Assembly: GCA_964509645.1 (NCBI GenBank)
Contig: CAZDXV010000001.1
Coordinates: forward strand, 15,890 to 79,889
Length of the DNA stretch: 64,000 nucleotides
Direction: 5' to 3'
Origin: an uncultured Candidatus Saccharibacteria bacterium
GTDB taxonomy: Bacteria > Patescibacteriota > Minisyncoccia > Minisyncoccales > GWA2-38-27
The first letter of the stretch is position 1, and each line of letters opens with the position of its first letter. The notes under the pieces are model-generated. The model was not told the DNA's origin. It made no database searches and was given only the letters and a program-made list of their open reading frames with translations. A program made the position numbers and the translations under genes. Of this stretch, positions 20,601 through 26,108 are shown piece by piece.

Positions 20601-21933
20601 CGGAACAATTTACGTCCCCACCCATAGAGGTTTTGTTTATGCTCTTAACCCTCAGGGAAAAGAAAAATGGAGGTTTGATACGGGAGAGGAAGACTGGATA
20701 TCTAAAATTTCGATAGGGGAATATCATAATATTTATTTTACAGATTACAAGTATGTCTATAGCGTTGACTCTAAGGGCGATCTCAACTGGAAGAATACGG
20801 GAGTAACAAGAGGGGGTTCGGCTAATCTAGGTCCTGCCATAGGGGAAGATGGAACAATTTATGTTTCTTGGACGGGGTTTAAGAATTTTCAAGATGCACG
20901 GACAGGAGCTTTGTACGCCTACAACCCAGTGGACGGGAGCGAAAAATGGCATACTCTTCTTGATCATGATGCTACATCTCCCGTTGTAGGAGCAGACAAC
21001 AAAATATATCTTATAGCGGGAGATCCCTGGGCGGGACATGAATACCGCACTTTAAGAGCTTTTAATCCAGACACAGGAGAAGAAGCGTGGAGGAGTGAAA
21101 AGGCTTCAGACGGAAGTATTAAAATTCCTCTTTTAAGTTCTGATAATAGGATAATTATAACAGACAGCTGGGGAGAGTTTGTAGGATGGTCCTGGGGAAG
21201 CCAAGTTTATCAGCCAGTTTCTAATATGACATCGTATAACTTTGATGGAGACATAGTTTGGGAGTCTGAAATAAAGAAAAGCCTTACCTTTTACAAAAAT
21301 ATTTTAGTTGGAAACCAGAATAAGATTTTAACTCAAAGAAAAGTTTATGATAAAGAATGGAAATTTCCATTTATTAAAAACGAAATAGAGCTTTTCGGTG
21401 CTGATTACAGTTCTTTGGAGAAAATAGATATCTCAGGAGAGTTTTTGTCTTCTTTTTCAGCGGGGGAAAACCACATTTATTTTATAGTAAAAGATAATGA
21501 TAAAATAATGCTCAAAGCTTTTGGAGAGGGGCCTAAGAAAGTAAAAGGATGTACAGATCCCGAAGCTTTAAATTATAACCCAGAAGCTGTTACTGATGAC
21601 GGCTCCTGTATCGTTCCAGAAGTCGAAACAGATAATTTAAATTCTGTTCCTCCCTTAGAGTCTCTTGCTCCTCTTTCAAGTTCTTCTACTCAGCTTGATT
21701 CTTCTTCTATTCCTTTTGAAATAAAAGAGGAAGAGAGCAGTAGCTCCACTGTTCTTAAAGAAGAAGAAAGCGTGCAGATAGAAAGCGGGTCTTCTACTCC
21801 CGACATTTTTCTTAAAAAAAATAGCAGTTCTACGCAAGAAACCTCTTTTGTTTCAGGATCATCTTCTGCGGTAGAGGAATTAAAGACAGAGAAGATTGAA
21901 GATGGTTCAGCAAGTTCTACTGCCGGCTATTGA
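17605..21933 (+). CDS. giant secreted surface protein (1442 aa): N-terminal anchor, acidic low-complexity tract, two lamin-tail-domain (LTD)-like modules, Ig-like module, PQQ/BamB-like beta-propeller repeats, C-terminal CTDPxALNYNPxAxxDDGSC motif and Ser-rich tail
   Basis: LTD-like segments VILNEIAWMGTESSSNDEWIELKN...NGWQI and LVISEVQLGDKEFVELYNPKNQDIDLSSFYF. Repeated GSDGTIYV / GEDGTIYVS / DNKIYLIAG motifs typical of PQQ-like propeller blades. (E/D)n tract at ~18830-18960. Hydrophobic N-terminus. Confidence 0.7.
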   Translation: MRILAKRAISYAFLLIFIGSFLFLPKIGIAKEISVEDLIANSEKIQLEEDEGKHILRSLLQELHDEWEAVVVEGGEKVKEKEVILLAVKKAVQKDLFNYVFLEAPKEIGKEIIKIGAKIVAIVWGGDPSTITKEALEEIEKLSVEKAKEYVMEWLLQNQIKVIGGNLSVSYYSLKAEFQHIIIYRPVAVNEGRVNISIYSSSVINNIPYPGPYFQWEGGIDKLPPFILEIEGMVKKDRYGSYVWTEGPEMNYIFDQRVPEFTFKEIGFFDKWRAEIKKSLLAFDKLKGIIEEISKKGQEYGGDFWEEFRSVLSDLNPFQATVNPENLFPEGYSEVDFSEIEAEEPSSETPQEDSEVEELEKEPEEELDQESGEVLEKEGKSRQDVMDDILERIDILNSRIDKLNQKNEDSGSGEEKQEEKEDRDYEEDEKEEEEDEEEEDDEEDEEENQEESNTGGGGGSSEPDYCNIPASDPSKERVILNEIAWMGTESSSNDEWIELKNISDEAVNVNGWQIIDRDGQIKEILVSKELQPGEFYLLERTDDSSVPTVLADLIYTGGLNNTNEALYLFDNNCQLQDKVEADPDWPAGNNENKKTMERGPDLNWHTFSGEGNGTPKSENSSLLSVAVLDVSPKTLLFESKSSSSAIIRVDTKGKNLGWTASSSAAWLEINPVSATSSQDVSVSVDCGNLSPGDYSADIIFSTEDLEETVEIDLIVEPEIKPLDHLVISEVQLGDKEFVELYNPKNQDIDLSSFYFSYYSSSREEWNNPYRNKQFSASSTISAKGHYLIGFKGYPDVLGNPASDWQIYSSSQLSDSEGSIAIFPWNPLEKSSEEAEEGRIDAVGWGNVSIKEGESCGSVSEGKSLNRINGQDTDFNSFDFEEKEPTPINSKNETYSIPSSDKFAWPMIQQNPKHTGRSKHSIPENLEEKWSLVLEDSISGRNIGASYQPIIGKDDIVYYVLRESSDNVWGRICAVDPNGNRKWSYELDGDFPYAPSIGSDGTIYVPTHRGFVYALNPQGKEKWRFDTGEEDWISKISIGEYHNIYFTDYKYVYSVDSKGDLNWKNTGVTRGGSANLGPAIGEDGTIYVSWTGFKNFQDARTGALYAYNPVDGSEKWHTLLDHDATSPVVGADNKIYLIAGDPWAGHEYRTLRAFNPDTGEEAWRSEKASDGSIKIPLLSSDNRIIITDSWGEFVGWSWGSQVYQPVSNMTSYNFDGDIVWESEIKKSLTFYKNILVGNQNKILTQRKVYDKEWKFPFIKNEIELFGADYSSLEKIDISGEFLSSFSAGENHIYFIVKDNDKIMLKAFGEGPKKVKGCTDPEALNYNPEAVTDDGSCIVPEVETDNLNSVPPLESLAPLSSSSTQLDSSSIPFEIKEEESSSSTVLKEEESVQIESGSSTPDIFLKKNSSSTQETSFVSGSSSAVEELKTEKIEDGSASSTAGY

Positions 21934-21983
21934 TAATATATTTAGTTGTACGTTATAATGTACACACAATAAAGAACAACAAT

Positions 21984-22331
21984 ATGAGCCCTAAAAATAC
22001 TCTTCCAATTTCACAAGCAAGAAAGGAAATATTTAAGATTGCAGATAAAGTTCAAAAACCCTCTAATTATTATACTTTGACCGAGAAGGGAAAACCCAAA
22101 GCTGTAGTTATCTCTGCAGAAGAGTTTGATTCTTGGCAAGAAACTTTAGAAGTAATAAAAGATTTTCCTAATCTTGAAAAAGAAGCTAAAAGAGCTGAAA
22201 AGGATCTTGAAAAAGGAAATTTTTCTTCCCTAGAAGAAGTATTGGCTGAAGAGGGCTTTATTTTTTCTAAAAAGCAGTCTAAAAATGTATCAAATAGTTT
22301 TTCCAAAAAGGGCGGAAAAAGACATAAATAA
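21984..22331 (+). CDS. type II antitoxin, Phd/YefM family (with unusual C-terminal extension)
   Basis: From MSPKNTLPISQARKEIFKIADKV...KPKAVVISAEEFDSWQETLEV, the Phd/YefM fold signature. Overlaps the toxin start by 47 nt. Confidence 0.65.
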   Translation: MSPKNTLPISQARKEIFKIADKVQKPSNYYTLTEKGKPKAVVISAEEFDSWQETLEVIKDFPNLEKEAKRAEKDLEKGNFSSLEEVLAEEGFIFSKKQSKNVSNSFSKKGGKRHK

Positions 22332-22536
22332 AATTGACAAAAAGTACAAGCCGCGAATTATCGCGGCTCTTTTTGATCTAAAAGAAGATCCTTTTTTGGG
22401 AAAACTCTTAAAAGGAAAACTAAAGGGTCTTTATTTTTTAAGAATTTATCCTTACAGGATTATTTATAAGGTTTACAGAAAGAAGCTTTTAATTATTGTG
22501 ATAAGAATAGCTCATCGCCAAAAAGCTTATAAGTAG
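22285..22536 (+). CDS. type II toxin, RelE/ParE (YoeB-like) family
   Basis: MYQIVFPKRAEKDINKIDKKYKPRIIAALFDLKEDPFLGKLLKGKLKGLYFLRIYPYRIIYKV, the canonical RelE/ParE pattern; 83 aa. Confidence 0.7.
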   Translation: MYQIVFPKRAEKDINKIDKKYKPRIIAALFDLKEDPFLGKLLKGKLKGLYFLRIYPYRIIYKVYRKKLLIIVIRIAHRQKAYK

Positions 22537-22608
22537 CCGTTTTAAAAGTTTTCCACAGAAAAAACTTTACAGAGAAACAAGTTTGTGTAAAATAAGAAAC
22601 CACAGATT

Positions 22609-23067
22609 ATGGATTTTGAAAGAAAATCTTTTCTTGCCAATATAGATTATAAGGAAATACTGTCTTTTTTCCTTATTTTCCTTGCTTTGGCTGTAGTTGT
22701 TCTTCAGCTTACAGACAGAGTGGATATAAATAAATTTACAGCAGAGGTTTACAACAATCTCGCTTTTTTGCTTCCCGGAGCTTCTTCTAAAACAGAAGAG
22801 CTTTTTGAAGAGAGCGCAATCTTTAATATTAATTTAGAGGCTCTGGAAAAGAACAATGCCGAAATGGAAGCTGAAGTTTCTCAAGGAGTTAATCTTCAGG
22901 AAAAAGTCGGAAAAAAAGAAAACCCCGTTCAAAAGTCTCAGACAGAGCAGATGAGAGACAAAGTAAAAGAGCTTAGGAATGAAATAACTGTTCTCCAGCT
23001 TGAGCTTAATCAAACTCAAAAGAGGGTAAACGGCCTTCAAGAGAGAATAAATCAGCTTCAAAGCTGA
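22609..23067 (+). CDS. hypothetical single-pass membrane protein with C-terminal coiled coil (FtsB/DivIC-like architecture)
   Basis: TM ILSFFLIFLALAVVVL, then heptad-rich KVKELRNEITVLQLELNQTQKRVNGLQERINQLQS. Confidence 0.4.
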   Translation: MDFERKSFLANIDYKEILSFFLIFLALAVVVLQLTDRVDINKFTAEVYNNLAFLLPGASSKTEELFEESAIFNINLEALEKNNAEMEAEVSQGVNLQEKVGKKENPVQKSQTEQMRDKVKELRNEITVLQLELNQTQKRVNGLQERINQLQS

Positions 23068-23172
23068 TTTTGAATATTATATTCAACTGCTTTTTGGCAG
23101 TTTTTTATTTGACTTTAAGTTAAAGATATAATAGTATTTTTCTTATGAACCTTAAAAACAGAAAGGGAGGAA

Positions 23173-23448
23173 ATGGTAAACAAAAACCCTGCTCACGAAA
23201 TTATTATGAGAGAAATTGAAGATCTTTCCCAGTCTAGAGGAAACGCCTTTTTTCGCGAAGTTATGACAGCAATGATTGAATTGTTTTGTGATACTTTAAG
23301 AAATATTATCATTCCAAGAGAAGAAATTCCCGCTTTGATCGAAAGAGTGGAAAGATTAAGAAGTTCGTCTTCTCCCGGACGAGAAAAACCTCTTGCCAAA
23401 CTCAAAAAAGAACTGGAAGAATACCTGGAAAAAGGAGAAAGAGAATGA
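23173..23448 (+). CDS. hypothetical protein (91 aa)
   Basis: SD GGGAGG 6 nt upstream of the ATG; charged, helical-looking; no known motif. Confidence 0.35.
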   Translation: MVNKNPAHEIIMREIEDLSQSRGNAFFREVMTAMIELFCDTLRNIIIPREEIPALIERVERLRSSSSPGREKPLAKLKKELEEYLEKGERE

Positions 23449-23663
23449 TGTTTCTTGTAGAGGAGGTGAGGAAGAACGTCTCAGGATCTTGGGATTTTAC
23501 TAACAGGAGAATTCTGGGATATAAGGAGGCCCCCTCTTTGAGAGAGGCCACAAAAGAGCTGGGAGCTATTACTACCTGTTGCGGAGAGAAGGCAAAGCTG
23601 TTTGTTGAAAAATGGACCGGAAATACCAGGGGATGGATTCTTACTCCCCTAGAAAAGATTTAA
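23445..23663 (+). CDS. hypothetical protein (72 aa), start overlaps the previous stop (ATGA)
   Basis: Translationally coupled small ORF; no known motif. Confidence 0.3.
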   Translation: MMFLVEEVRKNVSGSWDFTNRRILGYKEAPSLREATKELGAITTCCGEKAKLFVEKWTGNTRGWILTPLEKI

Positions 23664-23774
23664 CGGTTCCAAAAAAGCTCCTGACAAAGGAGCTTTTTAT
23701 TACTTTTCCACAGTTTTACTTTTTTATTCTTTTGATATAGAATAATTAAATTAGGTTCAACTAATTGTTTTTTT

Positions 23775-24386
23775 ATGAACAAAAAAGAGCTTACAGATTT
23801 AACTAACAAGGTTTACAAAATTACCCTGCTTTTCCCAAAAAAGGATCCTTTAAGGTATAAGGTAAGAGAAAAAGCAAATGATCTTTTGGCCGGTTTTGTT
23901 GCTTGGGAAAGCTATTGCAGTCCGAATCCGGGAAGCATTTTGGGAACTAAAAAAGATGAAAGAGAAATTCTTTTTTCTTTGGAAAAAGATTTTGATATAA
24001 TAAGAAGCTATTTTGAGGTAGCCAAATGGCAGAACTGGGTAAACTATTTTGACATATTGGAGCTTCAGGAAGACTATGATAAGATAAAGGGAGCGTTGAA
24101 AGAAGAAATAGGAAAGCTTAAAAAAGACAGTCCGAAAGGGGAAGAGCTTAAAAAGGTTAAAACAGAGCAGGTTGTGGAGGAAGATTTAGATGGAAGAAAA
24201 GGAGAAATAATCAAGATTCTTAAAAAGGTTAACAGGATTCAAGTCGGAGAAATTACAGATCTTCTTCCAAGTGTCTCCAAAAGAACTTTAAGGCGTGATT
24301 TCCATAAATTAGTGGAGCAGGGGACAGTTGAAAGGGTAGGAGACAAAAACAACACCTTTTACAGGTTAAGAAATAAAGAAGTATAG
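23775..24386 (+). CDS. four-helix-bundle (23S rRNA-IVS/Avd-like) N-terminal domain fused to C-terminal winged-HTH DNA-binding domain
   Basis: N-terminus LTNKVYKITLLFPKKDPLRYKVREKANDLLAGFVAW matches the FPKxE(R)y...niaEG four-helix-bundle family pattern. C-terminus EITDLLPSVSKRTLRRDFHKLVEQGTVERVG is DeoR/wHTH-like. Confidence 0.45.
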   Translation: MNKKELTDLTNKVYKITLLFPKKDPLRYKVREKANDLLAGFVAWESYCSPNPGSILGTKKDEREILFSLEKDFDIIRSYFEVAKWQNWVNYFDILELQEDYDKIKGALKEEIGKLKKDSPKGEELKKVKTEQVVEEDLDGRKGEIIKILKKVNRIQVGEITDLLPSVSKRTLRRDFHKLVEQGTVERVGDKNNTFYRLRNKEV

Positions 24387-24470
24387 CAGGACAGAGTAGG
24401 ACAGATAGTAGGACAGAATATCTTTTGTTTCTGTCCTAACTGTCCTAACCTCTGTCTTAATTGTCCTAAT
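24387..24470. repeat. array of seven ~10-bp TTAGGACAGA units: three direct (24388-24417) and four inverted (24430-24467) at ~10-12-bp phasing, forming a large imperfect palindrome that ends 3 nt before the ECF sigma start codon
   Basis: Read directly: cAGGACAGAg tAGGACAGAt agtAGGACAGAa then tatcttttgtt, then TCTGTCCTaa CTGTCCTaa cctCTGTCTTaa TTGTCCTaa. Confidence 0.75.
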
Positions 24471-24472
24471 AA

Positions 24473-24988
24473 ATGGCAAACCCTAAAAAAACATTCAGTA
24501 AGCTGTACGATAAAAACATCGATCAAATATATCGGTTTATTTACTTTAAAGTAGAATCTGAGGAAATAGCTCAGGATATATGCGCTGAAGCCTTTACTCG
24601 GGGATGGGAAGCTTTTAAAGAAAAGCATGATCAAATAGACAATCCCAGAGCTTTTCTGTATCGGATAGCCCATAACCTTGTAGCTGACCATCATAAAGCT
24701 AGGACAAGGGTAGAGTTTGTTTCTGTTGAAAATATTTCCTTGTCCGATCCGGATACTGACATAAAAGAAATGTCCGAAGTTAATTCTGACTTTAACAATA
24801 TTAAAAAAGCTCTGGAGGGGATAAATGAGGACTATAAAGAGATTATAGTGATGCACTATTTAAATGATCTTCAAATACCCGAAATAGCTCAAGCTTTAGA
24901 TAAATCAGAAGGAGCTGTAAGGGTCCAACTTCACCGGGCTATTAAATCTTTGAGAAAAACCCTTGAAAAAAATATAGAAATGTGCTAA
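24473..24988 (+). CDS. ECF-type RNA polymerase sigma-70 family factor
   Basis: Region 2 FTRGWEAFKEKHD...FLYRIAHNLVADHHKARTR and region 4 HTH EIIVMHYLNDLQIPEIAQALDKSEGAVRVQLHRAIKSLR; 171 aa. Confidence 0.85.
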   Translation: MANPKKTFSKLYDKNIDQIYRFIYFKVESEEIAQDICAEAFTRGWEAFKEKHDQIDNPRAFLYRIAHNLVADHHKARTRVEFVSVENISLSDPDTDIKEMSEVNSDFNNIKKALEGINEDYKEIIVMHYLNDLQIPEIAQALDKSEGAVRVQLHRAIKSLRKTLEKNIEMC

Positions 24989-24989
24989 T

Positions 24990-25745
24990 TTGTGGGGTGT
25001 AACAAAAAGCCCTTTATTTCGTCATAACTATACAATGGAGGACAAAAAGCTTCTCAACGAGTTAAAGCAACTAAAAGAGATTAAACCCAGAAAAGACTGG
25101 GTTAGTTTGACTAAAAAAGAGATTTTAGGCGAAAATCCTTCTATTTTCAGTATAGAAGAGCTTATTTTAGGAGCTAAAATGGTTTTAAGGCATAAAGCCG
25201 CTTTTTCTTCTCTAGTTGTTCTTCTTGTTATTATAGGAACTTTCGGCTTTGCTCAGAATTCAATGCCGGGAGATATGTTTTTTAGTATTAAGAAAGCGGG
25301 AGAAAAGGGAATGAGTATTTTTGCCTCAGACAAAGTAGAAAGGAGTTTTGATATAGCAAACAAAAGATTAGAGGAGTTAACCCTCATATCCCATCAGAAT
25401 AATATAGATAAGCTGGCTCCAGCCATAGAAGAATATCAGACTTCAGTCTCTGAAACGGCAGAAAGCATAAAAAGGGAAGCGGAATCAGGCTCTGCGGACA
25501 AGCTGGCTAGAGAAATAGAGGTTTTAGCTTCAAAAAGAGTAGAACTGGAGGAAGAAGGAGTTGAAATACCCCAAAACGAGTCATATAACGCAGCTATGGG
25601 GAGGTTATTGAAAAGAGAGGTAGCAGATCTTGAAAACAGGTCTTTGATTGAAGAAAATGTTTCTGTTTTAAAAGAAGTTAAAGAGCTGATTGAAGAAGGC
25701 AAATTGGATCAGGCTTTTGTAAAGCTGATGAGCATTAAAAACTAG
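24990..25745 (+). CDS. single-pass membrane protein with DUF5667-like extracytoplasmic helical domain (candidate anti-sigma factor); probable start at 25035
   Basis: Immediately follows the sigma gene. TM SLVVLLVIIGTFGF and a long helical C-terminal domain, the sigma-adjacent architecture common in CPR. Likely start is MEDKKLL at 25035. Confidence 0.45.
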   Translation: MWGVTKSPLFRHNYTMEDKKLLNELKQLKEIKPRKDWVSLTKKEILGENPSIFSIEELILGAKMVLRHKAAFSSLVVLLVIIGTFGFAQNSMPGDMFFSIKKAGEKGMSIFASDKVERSFDIANKRLEELTLISHQNNIDKLAPAIEEYQTSVSETAESIKREAESGSADKLAREIEVLASKRVELEEEGVEIPQNESYNAAMGRLLKREVADLENRSLIEENVSVLKEVKELIEEGKLDQAFVKLMSIKN

Positions 25746-25769
25746 TTGAGTTTTCCACATTGACATTAT

Positions 25770-25796
25770 TATAGGACTGGTATAATGAAAGAATAT
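25770..25796 (+). promoter_or_regulatory. strong promoter with -35 TTGACA and extended -10 (TGgTATAAT)
   Basis: TTGACA at 25770-25775; cTGGTATAAT at 25788-25796 (spacer 15 nt, compensated by the TG extension). Confidence 0.5.
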
Positions 25797-25802
25797 TTGT
25801 AT

Positions 25803-26108
25803 TAATCCGCCGCAGTTCTATTTGATACCAAAAATATCAGATAGTCTCGCGGGTTGAAAAAGTCGTTGTTTTCTTGATTTTTTGAGTATTGGGCCCATGC
25901 ACTATAAGGTGCATAGGGTAAACAGAAAGGTTCTGTTAACTCGCACCTGTATGGTGCAAACCGCCTCGCAAGAGGCAGCCAAAAATATTTATACTCAAAA
26001 GTTCGAGACAAGGTCGACGACGACACATTATAAAAGGTCAAAAAAAGTTAAATAATTATCAACTGAAGATCGACAGATTAAAAGGTTGGTAATTACACAT
26101 TACAAATC
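25803..26108 (+). promoter_or_regulatory. ~300-nt structured 5' leader upstream of the putative S-layer gene, with several hairpins including a GNRA (GCAA) tetraloop stem
   Basis: Locally GC-rich. Hairpins atgcac-tataag-gtgcat (25897-25914), aacag-aaaggtt-ctgtt, gcacc-tgtat-ggtgc, gcctc-GCAA-gaggc (25963-25976). No forward ORF. Confidence 0.4.

Noticed and set aside
23083-23140. Promoter TTGACT...TATAAT after the 22609 gene
   Set aside because: The spacer between the best -35 and -10 hexamers is only ~12 nt. The terminator hairpin aactgc/gcagtt plus T-run at 23083-23112 is plausible, but the promoter call is not supportable.
23775-24386. Diversity-generating retroelement (Avd-like four-helix bundle)
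   Set aside because: No reverse transcriptase ORF (no YxDD motif protein) and no template/variable repeat pair anywhere in the window.
25940-25980. c-di-GMP-I (GEMM) riboswitch in the S-layer leader
   Set aside because: Only a GCAAACC stretch and a GNRA hairpin are shared. The conserved tetraloop-receptor helix and P1/P2 spacing of GEMM could not be reconstructed, so it is left as an unspecified structured leader.
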